Origin: Halobacteriales archaeon QH_7_66_36
Lineage (GTDB): Archaea; Halobacteriota; Halobacteria; Halobacteriales; Haloarculaceae
Direction of reading: 5' to 3'
Assembly: GCA_003021175.1 (NCBI GenBank)
Contig: PXQV01000004.1
Span: 25,015 to 89,014 of the forward strand
DNA length: 64,000 bases
Both the position numbers and the translations under genes were made by a program. The notes under the pieces were generated by a model. It was not told the DNA's origin and did no database searches. It saw only the letters and a program-made list of their open reading frames with translations. This document shows positions 53,775-63,202 of the stretch, one piece after another. The stretch's first letter is position 1; each line of letters begins with the position of its first letter.

Positions 53775-54961
53775 CAGCGGACCACCCGCCCGCCTTCGGG
53801 GATTCGACCACTGGCGACCGCGCCGACGCCGACGCAGGCGTTCGGGCCGACGAGCGTGCCGGGCACACAGCGCGCGCCGCCACCGACGTTCGCCTGATCC
53901 GCGAGCACGGCCCCCAGTCGTTCGTCGGGGAACACCCGGTCACCGACGCGCACGTCAGCACTGCCACCCGGGATGACGGCGCCCGGCCCGACGGCGGCGG
54001 CGGTCCCGGTCACGCAGTCGCGGACGGTCGCTCCCGTCCACACTCGCGTGTCCGCGTCGAGCACGGACCGCTCGACGGCGGCGTTCGCCCCGACCGTCGT
54101 GTTGCGACCCAGCGCTGTCTCCGGGCCGACGACCGCGCCGGCACCCACCTCCGCGTCGGCGCCGACGACGACCGGACCCTGTAGCGTCGCGTCCTCGTGG
54201 ACGGTTGCGGTGCGGTGGACGTACACGTCGCGGGTGCGCTGGCTCTCGGTCACCCATCCGTCCGCGAGGAGGCGGCGCGTGACCTCCAGCAGATCCCACG
54301 GGTAGGTGGCGTCGACCCAGACGCCGTCCGTCCGCACCGCCGGGACGCCCGCATCTTCGACCTGTGGCGTCAGTCCGTCGGTGAGGATGAGCGAGCCGTC
54401 CCGGCGCGGCGTGTCGGCCAACTGCTCGAACCAGTCGCTCGGCAGCGCGTACACCCCGGCGTTGATGAGTCGGTAGGCGTCGTCTCCGGGCTTCTCGGCC
54501 AACTCGACGACTCGGTCGCCGTCGAGTTCGATCGCGCCGTACTGGTTCGCGCGCGGGTGTTCGCGCACGGCCATCACCGGATCGTTCCCGTCGAAGCGAT
54601 CCAGCGTCGCCGTCACCGTCTCGGGGTCGATGACGCGGTCGCCGTTCACCGCGACGAACGACCCGTCGATCGCGTCGCGTGCCTGCAACAGCGCGTGGCC
54701 GCTTCCGAGTTGCTTCGCCTGTCGGACGTACGTCACCGGCGTGTCGCGGTACGTCGAGCCGAAACGGTTCTGGACGCGGTCGCGCTTGTAGCCGACGACG
54801 ACGACGATATCCTCGATCCCAGCCTCGACGAGTGCGTCGAAGACGTATTCGAGGATGGGGCGAGTACCGGCGGGTAACATCGGCTTGGGTCGGTTGCGCG
54901 TGAGCGGGCGGAGCCGGGTCCCCTCGCCCGCCGCCAGCACGACCCCCGTCGTGACAGTCAT
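53774..54961 (-). CDS. Bifunctional sugar-1-phosphate nucleotidylyltransferase / acetyltransferase (archaeal GlmU-like)
   Basis: 395 aa. LAAGEGTRLRPLTRNRPKPMLP, a C-terminal left-handed beta-helix hexapeptide repeat region, and a stop that overlaps the glmS start. Confidence 0.8.
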   Translation of the reverse strand: MTVTTGVVLAAGEGTRLRPLTRNRPKPMLPAGTRPILEYVFDALVEAGIEDIVVVVGYKRDRVQNRFGSTYRDTPVTYVRQAKQLGSGHALLQARDAIDGSFVAVNGDRVIDPETVTATLDRFDGNDPVMAVREHPRANQYGAIELDGDRVVELAEKPGDDAYRLINAGVYALPSDWFEQLADTPRRDGSLILTDGLTPQVEDAGVPAVRTDGVWVDATYPWDLLEVTRRLLADGWVTESQRTRDVYVHRTATVHEDATLQGPVVVGADAEVGAGAVVGPETALGRNTTVGANAAVERSVLDADTRVWTGATVRDCVTGTAAAVGPGAVIPGGSADVRVGDRVFPDERLGAVLADQANVGGGARCVPGTLVGPNACVGVGAVASGRIPEGGRVVR

Positions 54962-55001
54962 GCCAGCTTAGTTACTCGCAGTCGTAGTAAACGCTTCGGC
55001 C

Positions 55002-55226
55002 TCAGTCGTACATCCGGTCGTCCACCTCGGGGAAGTCGATGGAGCCCTCGCCGAGGCGGGCCTGCACCCGGCTCCGGTACAGTAACATCGCCAGCTGCGG
55101 GATGGCGTTCGGCTGGACCGGCATCGGCTCGTCGAACGCCTCCCCCGCCCACGCGTTGTAGTCGGCGGCGATGTCCATCGCGTCCTTGAAGGAGCGAAAC
55201 ATGAGCTCCTTGAACGGATCTTGCAT
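55002..55226 (-). CDS. Small acidic hypothetical protein
   Basis: 74 aa, ATG start, haloarchaeal-like acidic composition, fills the gap between the glmU-like and photolyase genes. Confidence 0.5.
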   Translation of the reverse strand: MQDPFKELMFRSFKDAMDIAADYNAWAGEAFDEPMPVQPNAIPQLAMLLYRSRVQARLGEGSIDFPEVDDRMYD

Positions 55227-55326
55227 ACCCCGCGTTCGGGAGCCGGCCTCTTACGCCCGCTGGTCTCGGCTGAACGTGGGTCGCCGCGGAGGGCAGACAC
55301 AAGCCGTTGCCGCTCCAACCGAGGGT

Positions 55327-56694
55327 GTGAACGTCTTCTGGCACCAGTGCGACCTCCGACTCCCCGACAATCGAGGCCTCACCGTCGCCACCAACGACGG
55401 ACCGACCGCCGCCGTCTACGTCGTCGACTCGAACGTGCTCGGCAGCGTCGGGCAGCGACAGCGCGCGTTCCTGCTCGCCGGCGTCCGCGCGCTGAAGCAG
55501 GCGTACCGCGACCGGGGGAGCGACCTGCTCGTGCGGTCCGGTCCCGCTGTCGACGCGCTCGCGGATATCTGTGCGGACCTCGACGCGGGGATGGTGTATT
55601 ACAACACCCACTACCGTCCCTCGCGACGCAACCGACAGCGACGGGTCGACGCGCGACTCGACACGGAGCGAGTGACCGACCTGACGCTCGTCGACCCGGC
55701 ACGGCTCGACACGGGCCACGAGACGCACAGCCAGTTCAAGCGCGCGTGGACGGAGCTGCCGATACTCCCGGCGCTGGACACGCCCGACGACAACCTCGCG
55801 GACGTGACCGACGCGACGGGCGTACCTGACGTGGAGACGGATATCGACCTTCCCGAGGCCGGCTACGACGCCGCCCGCGCCCGGCTCGACTCGTTCGTCG
55901 CGGACGGCATCGAGTCGTACAGCGCGACAAGAGACGACCTGACGGCCGCCGTCGAGCGGCCGGCGAACTCCGTGTCGCGCATGTCGCCGTATCTCGCGGC
56001 CGGGATGATCGGCATCAGAGAGACGTACGGCGCGGCGACGGCCGCACACGACGCGGCGGACGGCCGCACGCGAAAACAGGTCGACAAGTACCGCGACGAG
56101 CTGTCGTGGCGCGAGTACAACTACTATCTGCTGTACCACGAGCCGACGCTGCTGACCGACAACTACGTCGACTTCCCGAACGACATCGCGTGGCGCGAGG
56201 ACGACGACGGGTTCGAGGCGTGGAAACGCGGCGAGACGGGGTATCCGCTGGTCGACGCCGGGATGCGACAGCTCGCCCGCGAGGGGTACATGCACAATCG
56301 CACCCGACAGGTGACCGCGTCGTTCCTGACGAAACACCTGCTCGTCGACTGGCGGAAGGGTGCCCGCTGGTTCACGAAGCAGTTACTCGACCACGACCCC
56401 GCCTCCAACTACGGCGGCTGGCAGTGGGTCGCCTCGACGGGCACCGACTCCGTCGACGTGCGCATCTTCGACCCGGTCAGCCAGCTGGCGAAGTACGACG
56501 ACGACGCCGTCTACGTCACCGAGTACGTCCCCGAACTGGCGGGCGTCGATCCCGAGACGATAATCGAGTGGCCGAACCTCTCACGCGGCGAGCGCGAGTC
56601 GCTCGCGCCCGACTACGCACATCCCATCGTCGACCGGAACGACGGGTACGAGCGCGCACAGCGCGTCTTCGAGACGGCACTCGGCAAGCGGTGA
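55327..56694 (+). CDS. phr: Deoxyribodipyrimidine photolyase / cryptochrome family (class I CPD type)
   Basis: VFWHQCDLRLPDNRGL N-terminus. FAD-binding region TGYPLVDAGMRQL...GYMHNRTRQVTASFL...DHDPASNYGGWQW. Starting at GTG 55327 avoids overlap with 55002-55226. The track ORF begins at 55171. Confidence 0.85.
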   Translation: MNVFWHQCDLRLPDNRGLTVATNDGPTAAVYVVDSNVLGSVGQRQRAFLLAGVRALKQAYRDRGSDLLVRSGPAVDALADICADLDAGMVYYNTHYRPSRRNRQRRVDARLDTERVTDLTLVDPARLDTGHETHSQFKRAWTELPILPALDTPDDNLADVTDATGVPDVETDIDLPEAGYDAARARLDSFVADGIESYSATRDDLTAAVERPANSVSRMSPYLAAGMIGIRETYGAATAAHDAADGRTRKQVDKYRDELSWREYNYYLLYHEPTLLTDNYVDFPNDIAWREDDDGFEAWKRGETGYPLVDAGMRQLAREGYMHNRTRQVTASFLTKHLLVDWRKGARWFTKQLLDHDPASNYGGWQWVASTGTDSVDVRIFDPVSQLAKYDDDAVYVTEYVPELAGVDPETIIEWPNLSRGERESLAPDYAHPIVDRNDGYERAQRVFETALGKR

Positions 56695-56704
56695 GCGGAG
56701 ACGG

Positions 56705-57508
56705 CTACAGCACCGTCACGAGCCCGCCGACGACTGCCAGCCCGCCGAGACCGAGACAGACGAGCCAGAAGGCGACGCGGGCGACGACCCGGAGCAGCGC
56801 GTCGATGGTGAGATAGCCGACGAGCGCGCTCACGGCGACGGCGACGAGCGCGGCGGTCGGCGACAGCGTCGGCACGCCGTCCGCGAGCACGAGCAGGCCC
56901 GCGCCCAGTGCTGCCGGAATGGAGAGGAGGAAGGAGAGCCGGAACGACGCCTCGGGGTCGTAGCCGCGCAGGAGCAGCGCCGAGACGGTCGAACCCGACC
57001 GCGAAACCCCGGGCAGGATGGCGAGTCCCTGCAGCACGCCGACGAGCAGCGCGTCGCCGAGCGTCGGCTCCGTCCGGTCGCCAAGCCGCGCGCTCGCGAC
57101 TCGCTGGAGGATACCGGTGCCGACGAGCAGCAGGCCGATGAGGACGATGAACGAACCACCCGCGAGCACGGGAAACAGTTCCTCCAGCGTGGCGTAGGCG
57201 GCGATACCGACGCCGCCGGAGACGAGCGTCGCCGTTGCGAGAAACGTCAGGTCGGGCGTCGCGCCCGGCGCGGCGGGTCGCCACGACGGCAGGTCGCGCA
57301 GCAGCGCCGTTATCTCGCCGCGATAGTAGGCGGCCGCAGCGAGCGCCGTGCCGGCGTGGAGAAACAGCGCGAACTCCGTGGCCGCACTCGGCGGCAACCT
57401 CTCGACGGCCGTCAGGTAGAGGGCGATGTTTCCCTCCGAGGAGATAGGTAGCCACTCGAAGACGCCCTGTAGCACGCCGACGACGACCGCGAGCCACAGC
57501 CGATCCAT
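56705..57508 (-). CDS. uppP: Undecaprenyl-diphosphate phosphatase (UppP/BacA family)
   Basis: 267 aa. GVLQGVFEWLPISSEGN, PGVSRSGSTV. Confidence 0.85.
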   Translation of the reverse strand: MDRLWLAVVVGVLQGVFEWLPISSEGNIALYLTAVERLPPSAATEFALFLHAGTALAAAAYYRGEITALLRDLPSWRPAAPGATPDLTFLATATLVSGGVGIAAYATLEELFPVLAGGSFIVLIGLLLVGTGILQRVASARLGDRTEPTLGDALLVGVLQGLAILPGVSRSGSTVSALLLRGYDPEASFRLSFLLSIPAALGAGLLVLADGVPTLSPTAALVAVAVSALVGYLTIDALLRVVARVAFWLVCLGLGGLAVVGGLVTVL

Positions 57509-57599
57509 GCGCAGTCGGGGAGACGCCGGGGCTTCAAGCCGACGATTCGAGACGAGACTCGCCGCTCGCGAGAGCGAAGCCGAGAGAAGTTAGGACCGC

Positions 57600-58820
57600 T
57601 CAGTAGAACGCGACGGGCGTTCCGGTGGCGTCCTCGCGGTCGATCTTGTCGAGGGCGTCCTCGAAGTCGACCGTGTGGACCTCGGTGCGGCCGTCGCGGA
57701 TGGCGAACATGCCGGCCTCGGTACACAGCGACTCGATCTCGGCACCCGAGAACCCTTCCGTGCGGTCCGCGAGCTCCTCGAAGTCGACGCTGTCGGCGAG
57801 GTTCATGCCGCGCGTGTGGATGTCGAGGATCCGCGTGCGCCCCTCGGCGTCGGGCTCGGGCACCTCGATGAGGCGGTCGAAGCGGCCGGGCCGGAGGATG
57901 GCGCGGTCGAGCATGTCGAAGCGGTTGGTGGCGGCGATGATAGAGATGTCACCGCGGGCCTCGAAGCCGTCCATCTCCGAGAGCAACTGCATCATCGTCC
58001 GCTGGACCTCCGCGTCACCCGAGGTCTTCGACTCCGTGCGCTTCGAGGCGATGGCGTCGATCTCGTCGATGAAGATGATTGCGGGTTCGCGCTCGGAGGC
58101 GAGTTCGAACAGGTCGCGGACGAGCCGCGCCCCCTCGCCGATGAACTTCTGGACGAGCTCGGAGCCGGCCATCTTGATGAAGGTGGCGTCGGTCTGGTTG
58201 GCGACGGCCTTCGCGAGCATCGTCTTCCCCGTTCCCGGCGGGCCGTGCAGGAGCACGCCCGTCGGCGGTTCGATACCGACCTCGTCGAACTGGTCGGGAT
58301 CGGTGAGCGGGTCCTCGACGGCCTCGCGCACCTCCGTCAACTGCTGGTCGATGCCGCCGATGTCGTCGTACTCGACCGTCGGCTGGTTCGTGACCTCCAT
58401 CGCCTGTGCGCGGGCGTCGGTCTCGTCGTCGAGCACGCGCTGGACGGCGAAGGAGTCGTTGATCGCGACGCGGTCACCGGCCTCCAGTTCCTCGGCGAGC
58501 CGCGGCGACACGTCCGTCAACACCTCCTGATTGTTGCCGTGCTGCTTCAGGACGACCTCTTCGCCCTCGTTGAGCTCTTCGACCGTCGCGATGTACAGCG
58601 ACGAGGTCTTCAGCGCCTCGTTCTCGCGCTGGAGATGGTCGACGTCCTCGCGGAGGTCGTCCTGTCGGGCACGAGCGGATTCGAGCTGGTCTGCGAGTTC
58701 GTCGTGGACGCCCACGATATCCTCGAAGTGGTCGCGGAGCGCAGCGAGCCGCTCCGAGGGTGACATATCGGGGTCGATATCGAGTTTGGGTCGCTCGGGG
58801 AGCGAGGAACTACGAGACAT
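57600..58820 (-). CDS. pan: Proteasome-activating nucleotidase (PAN, AAA+ ATPase)
   Basis: 406 aa. N-terminal coiled coil, OB region, Walker [16 protein letters not shown], Walker [11 protein letters not shown], hydrophobic-Tyr C-terminus ...PVAFY. Confidence 0.9.
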   Translation of the reverse strand: MSRSSSLPERPKLDIDPDMSPSERLAALRDHFEDIVGVHDELADQLESARARQDDLREDVDHLQRENEALKTSSLYIATVEELNEGEEVVLKQHGNNQEVLTDVSPRLAEELEAGDRVAINDSFAVQRVLDDETDARAQAMEVTNQPTVEYDDIGGIDQQLTEVREAVEDPLTDPDQFDEVGIEPPTGVLLHGPPGTGKTMLAKAVANQTDATFIKMAGSELVQKFIGEGARLVRDLFELASEREPAIIFIDEIDAIASKRTESKTSGDAEVQRTMMQLLSEMDGFEARGDISIIAATNRFDMLDRAILRPGRFDRLIEVPEPDAEGRTRILDIHTRGMNLADSVDFEELADRTEGFSGAEIESLCTEAGMFAIRDGRTEVHTVDFEDALDKIDREDATGTPVAFY

Positions 58821-58879
58821 CTGAATGCCAAGGTTTCGGGCGCGTGTGTAAATGTGTCTTTGGGTCGCGCCACATAGCA

Positions 58880-59138
58880 GTGTTCAGATAAGCACGGACA
58901 AGCCGACTTAGCCAGCGTGACCATCTTGGAAGCCCCCGGCGGCTCGACTCCCGGGCCTCGCTGCGGTCCTCGTCGTTCGCTCCGCTCACTCCTGTGGTCC
59001 TTACGTCGGCCGGGGTCGCCGAGCGCGAGGCCGGCTCTGCCGGCCTCGACTGGTCGCGGCGGCGCAGCCGCCGCGCACCGGCCCCTTCCAGTCCCATCCG
59101 CCCGCACGTAGTCGGGCAGGCATCGCGTATCTAAACAC
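58880..59138 (-). repeat. MITE-like intergenic repeat, copy D (259 bp, expanded centre)
   Basis: TIRs GTGTTCAGATAAG ... TATCTAAACAC. Shares CCTCGCTGCGGTCCTC, GGTCCTTACGTCGGC and GGCCCCTTCCAGTCCC with copy A. Confidence 0.7.
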
Positions 59139-59169
59139 GACCGCACTACCCGTGTGGCACGGCCGCCTC

Positions 59170-60960
59170 TCAGGAGAGCGACTCGAACTCGGCGAGATAG
59201 CCGTCGTACGCGTCGATGGCCGCCTCGATCGGCGCTGCCGTCGTCATGTCGACGCCAGCCCCTTCGAGCAGTTCGAGCGGATACTCACGCGACCCGGTGC
59301 GGAGGAACTCGCGGTAGCGTTCGGCGGCCGGCTCACCCTCCTCGCGGATCGACTCGACGATGGCGTTGGCCGCCGAGATACCCGTCGCGTACTGGTAGAC
59401 GTAGTAGTTGTAGTAGAAGTGGGGGATGCGCATCCACTCGCGGTCGATGCGGTCGCCGGTGGCGGCGTTCGCGTAGAACTCCCGCTTGAGGTCGCCGTAC
59501 TCCTCGTCGAGCCGGTCGGGCGTGAGCGCGCCGCCCTCCTCGCTGATCGTGTGAATCCGGTGTTCGAAGTCGGCGAACAGCGTCTGGCGGAACAGCGTCG
59601 ACCGGAACCGTTCGAGATACTCGTCGAGGACGTGGCGACGGAGCTGTTCGTCCTCGACGGTGTCGAGGAGGTGGTTCGTGAGCAGCGCCTCGTTGACCGT
59701 GCTGGCGATTTCGGCGACGAAGATGCCGTAGTCCGAGTAGACGTACGGCTGCGTCTCGCTGGTCAGCTCGGAGTGCATCGAGTGGCCCAGCTCGTGCGCG
59801 AGGGTGAACATCGAGGCCGGGTCGTCCTGGTAGTTCATCAGGATGTACGGCTGGCTGTCGTACGTGCCGCCGGAGTAGGCCCCCGACCGTTTGCCTCGGT
59901 TCTCGTACACGTCGACCCAGCGCGATTCGAGCCCCTCGGCGAGCCGCGACTGGTACTCGTCGCCCAGCGGCGCGACCGCCTCGATGACCCACTCCTTCGC
60001 CTGTTCGTACGCCACGTCGGGCGCTTCGCCCTCGGTGAGCGGCGCGTACAGGTCGTACATCGCCACCTCGTCGACGCCGAGTCGGTCCCGCTTCAGGTCG
60101 ACGTGTCGCTGCAACACGTCGAGGTTGTCCTCGACCGTGTCGACGAGCGTGTCGTACACCGCGACCGGGATGTTGCTCCCGTCGAGTGCGGCCTCGCGAG
60201 CGGTGTCGTAGTTCCGGGCGCGGGCAGTCTTCACGTCGGACTTCACCGCGTTCTTCAGCGACGAGGCGACGGTGTTGCGGAAGTTACTCCACTCATCGAA
60301 GTACGCCTCGTACACCCGCTCGCGAAACGCCCGGTCGGTGTGTTTGAGCTTCGTCGTGAAGTTCGACTGCGTGATCTGCACCTCGCCGCCGGCCGGCCCC
60401 TCGACGACCGGGAACTCCATGTCCGCGTCCGACAGCATCCCGTAGATGTCGGAGGGAGCGCCGGTCACCTCCGACAGCTCCGCGAGCAGTTCCTCCACCT
60501 CCGGCGACCGGGTGTGCGGCTGCAGCCGCATCACGTCGTCGAGATAGTGGTCGTAGCGCTCGAGATCGGACTCCGCGTCGAGATACGAATCCAGCGTCTC
60601 GCGGTCCGTCCGCTGGAGCTCCGGTTCGATGAACGACGCCGCGGAGGACGCCTCGCTCGCCAGCGACCGAGCGCGTGCACTCAGCGCCTGATACTCCTGA
60701 TCACGGGTGTCCTCGTCCGAGCGCATCCGGGCGTACGAGGCGACGTTCGACACCGTCCGCATCAGATCCTCGCGCAGTTGGAGGACGTCACGCAGCGTCG
60801 CCGCGCTCTCGGTGACTCGCCCCTCGTAGGCACGCAGTTCGTCGAGCCGCGACTCCACCTGTTCGTACGCCTCTTCCCACGCCTCGTCGGAGGCGAACAT
60901 CTCGTCGAGCGCCCACGTGTACTCCTCGTCGAGGTCGGAGCGTTCGGGAACCGAACTCAT
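59170..60960 (-). CDS. pepF: Oligoendopeptidase F (M3B family)
   Basis: 596 aa from the ATG at 60960 (MSSVPERSDLDEEYTW). HELGHSMHS zinc motif. The remaining upstream part of the 1017-aa track ORF is antisense to the M28 gene and is rejected. Confidence 0.85.
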   Translation of the reverse strand: MSSVPERSDLDEEYTWALDEMFASDEAWEEAYEQVESRLDELRAYEGRVTESAATLRDVLQLREDLMRTVSNVASYARMRSDEDTRDQEYQALSARARSLASEASSAASFIEPELQRTDRETLDSYLDAESDLERYDHYLDDVMRLQPHTRSPEVEELLAELSEVTGAPSDIYGMLSDADMEFPVVEGPAGGEVQITQSNFTTKLKHTDRAFRERVYEAYFDEWSNFRNTVASSLKNAVKSDVKTARARNYDTAREAALDGSNIPVAVYDTLVDTVEDNLDVLQRHVDLKRDRLGVDEVAMYDLYAPLTEGEAPDVAYEQAKEWVIEAVAPLGDEYQSRLAEGLESRWVDVYENRGKRSGAYSGGTYDSQPYILMNYQDDPASMFTLAHELGHSMHSELTSETQPYVYSDYGIFVAEIASTVNEALLTNHLLDTVEDEQLRRHVLDEYLERFRSTLFRQTLFADFEHRIHTISEEGGALTPDRLDEEYGDLKREFYANAATGDRIDREWMRIPHFYYNYYVYQYATGISAANAIVESIREEGEPAAERYREFLRTGSREYPLELLEGAGVDMTTAAPIEAAIDAYDGYLAEFESLS

Positions 60961-61038
60961 TGACGATAGTTGCACCGGCCCGGTTCTAAACGCATCGCTG
61001 TCCCCACGGCTTTTGGAGGCGACGCGTAACGGGCAGAT

Positions 61039-62370
61039 ATGGACGAGATGACGTTGGCAGGCCGGGCGTACGACGATCCGTTCCCGTGGTCGTTTCTCAC
61101 CGACCTCGTCGAGACCGGTCCCCGACTCGGTGGCTCGCCGGGTGAACGACGCGCGGCCGAGCTGGTCGCCGAGGCGTTCGAGACGGCCGGCGCGGACCCC
61201 GAAATCCGCGCGTTCGACATCTCGCGCTGGGAGCGTGGCGACGCCGAAATCGCCGTCAGCGTCGACCGCGAGGGTCGCACGGTGGAGCGGTCCTTCGACG
61301 CCATCGCGCTCCCGTACTCGCCGCCGGGCGACGTTCGCGCGCCGCTGACCGACGTGGGCCACGGGACGCCGGCGGAGACGGACGACGCCGAGGTGGCCGG
61401 GACGGTCGCGCTCGCCGATACCGCCTCCCCCGGCGACGGACGGTACGTCCACCGGATGGAGAAGTACGGCCACGCGGTCGAGGCGGGCGCGTCGGCGTTC
61501 GTCTTTGCACATCACAAACCCGGACAACTGGTCCCGACCGGCACCCTCCGATTCGGCCACGAGGGCGCGGTGCCCGCTGTCGGGGTCTCCTACGAGACGG
61601 GCGAGTGGCTCCGCGAGTACGCCGCCGCGGGAGCCGATCTCAGACTGCGCGTCGCCGCGACCATCGAACCGGGCACCTCCCACAACGTGCTCGGCACGCT
61701 CGGGCCCGACACCGACGAGGGCGTGCTCGTCGTCGGCCACCTCGACGCCCACGACATCGCGGAGGGCGCGCTGGACAACGGCTGTGGCATCACCACGGTC
61801 GCGACCGCCGCTCGCTATCTCGCCGACCTCGACCTCGACTCGCGGGTGTGGGTGGCCGGCGTCGGCTGTGAGGAGACCGGACTGCTCGGCGCGGAGGCGC
61901 TCGCCGACCGCCTCGACCGCGACCGGGTGCGGGCCGTCGTCAACGTGGACGGGGCGGGGCGACACCGCGACCTGCGCGCGCTGGTCCACGGGAGCGACCC
62001 GCTCCGTGACCTCGCCGAGCGCGTCGCCGACGGCGCGGGCCAGCCGTGTCACGTCGACGAGACGCCACACCCGTACAGCGACCACTGGCCGTTCCTCCGG
62101 GCCGGCGTGCCGTCGGTCCAACTCCACAGCCAGCCCGCGAGCGGCCACGAGCGGGGTCGCGGCTGGGGCCACACCGCTGCGGACACCCGCGACAAGGCCG
62201 ACGAGCGGAACCTCCGCGACCACGCCCTCCTGACCGCGCTCGTCGTCGCCGAGCTGACCCGGACGACGGTATCGCGCCGGGAGAGGGCCACGCTCCGCGA
62301 GGAACTGGAGGCGGCGGACGCCGAACCGGGGATGCGAGCGGCCGGCGTCTGGCCCGACGCGTGGGAGTAG
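61039..62370 (+). CDS. M28-family metallopeptidase (aminopeptidase-like)
   Basis: 443 aa. VVGHLDAHD, DNGCGITT, GCEETGLLGAE, SDHWPFLRAGVP. Confidence 0.8.
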   Translation: MDEMTLAGRAYDDPFPWSFLTDLVETGPRLGGSPGERRAAELVAEAFETAGADPEIRAFDISRWERGDAEIAVSVDREGRTVERSFDAIALPYSPPGDVRAPLTDVGHGTPAETDDAEVAGTVALADTASPGDGRYVHRMEKYGHAVEAGASAFVFAHHKPGQLVPTGTLRFGHEGAVPAVGVSYETGEWLREYAAAGADLRLRVAATIEPGTSHNVLGTLGPDTDEGVLVVGHLDAHDIAEGALDNGCGITTVATAARYLADLDLDSRVWVAGVGCEETGLLGAEALADRLDRDRVRAVVNVDGAGRHRDLRALVHGSDPLRDLAERVADGAGQPCHVDETPHPYSDHWPFLRAGVPSVQLHSQPASGHERGRGWGHTAADTRDKADERNLRDHALLTALVVAELTRTTVSRRERATLREELEAADAEPGMRAAGVWPDAWE

Positions 62371-62388
62371 GTCGTCCCATTCGTCGGT

Positions 62389-63201
62389 TCAGGGGTTCCG
62401 CGACGTGTCGGAGCGCAGCCGTTCGGCGACGCGGGCACCGGTGAGCCGGCTGATGCGCCGCTCCTCGAAGACGGTCCACGCGCTGACCGCGGCTGACTTG
62501 TCCAGCGCGAACTCGATGTCGTAGTCGACGCGCCGCAGGAGCAGCGGCTCCGGAGCGGCCGCCCCGACGCCGTCTGGCCCGTCCAGCGACTCGGTGGAGA
62601 GCACGCGATCCACGAACTCGATGTCGCGCTCGCCCGTTGCGACGCTCGCGACCAGCCCGACGGCGCGTCGGACGAACGCGCGAGGGAAGCCGTCGGCCGT
62701 GAACGTACACACGAGGAAGGAGCCATCGCGCTCACACGAGGCGGTCAGATCGCGTTTCGTACCGTCGTCGTCGCGGGTGAGGTTGTGGAAGTCGTGCGTG
62801 CCGGAGAGGCGGTCGAGGACGGCCGTCGCCCGCTCGGCGTCGGCCTCCGGCGCGTGCAGATGGTACTCGTACGTCCGGGCGGTGGCGTCGTACTGCGCGT
62901 GGAAGTCGTCGGGCGCGTCGGCGCTCGCCCACGCTCGCACGTCGGCCGGGAGCGACCCGTTGAGCGCCGCGGGCGTGAGCCACTCGGGCGCGTCGAACGC
63001 GACCGTCTGCCCGATAGCGGAGACGCCGGCGTCGGTCCGACCGGCCGCGCTGTAGCCGGACGGCGCTGTCGGCTCGGCCGTCACCTCCAGCGCGGCGAGC
63101 GCGGCGAACAGCTCGTTCTCGACGGTTTCGGCGTGGGGCTGGCGCTGGAAGCCGCGGTAGGCCGTCCCGTCGTAGGCGATACGGAACGCGCGGCGGGTCA
63201 C
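62389..63201 (-). CDS. truA: tRNA pseudouridine synthase A
   Basis: 270 aa. RIAYDGTAYRGFQRQP, AAGRTDAGVSA. Confidence 0.85.
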   Translation of the reverse strand: MTRRAFRIAYDGTAYRGFQRQPHAETVENELFAALAALEVTAEPTAPSGYSAAGRTDAGVSAIGQTVAFDAPEWLTPAALNGSLPADVRAWASADAPDDFHAQYDATARTYEYHLHAPEADAERATAVLDRLSGTHDFHNLTRDDDGTKRDLTASCERDGSFLVCTFTADGFPRAFVRRAVGLVASVATGERDIEFVDRVLSTESLDGPDGVGAAAPEPLLLRRVDYDIEFALDKSAAVSAWTVFEERRISRLTGARVAERLRSDTSRNP

Positions 63202-63202
63202 G

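Noticed and set aside
57600-58820. The C-terminus of PAN ends ...PVAFY, with Tyr as the last rather than the penultimate residue of an HbYX-like motif.
   Set aside because: I cannot recall haloarchaeal PAN C-termini reliably enough to claim this is unusual. It needs an alignment before it can be treated as a finding.
60961-62223. The N-terminal 421 aa of the 1017-aa ORF 59170-62223.
   Set aside because: The PepF homology starts at the Met at 60960. The upstream part is antisense to the well-supported M28 peptidase gene.
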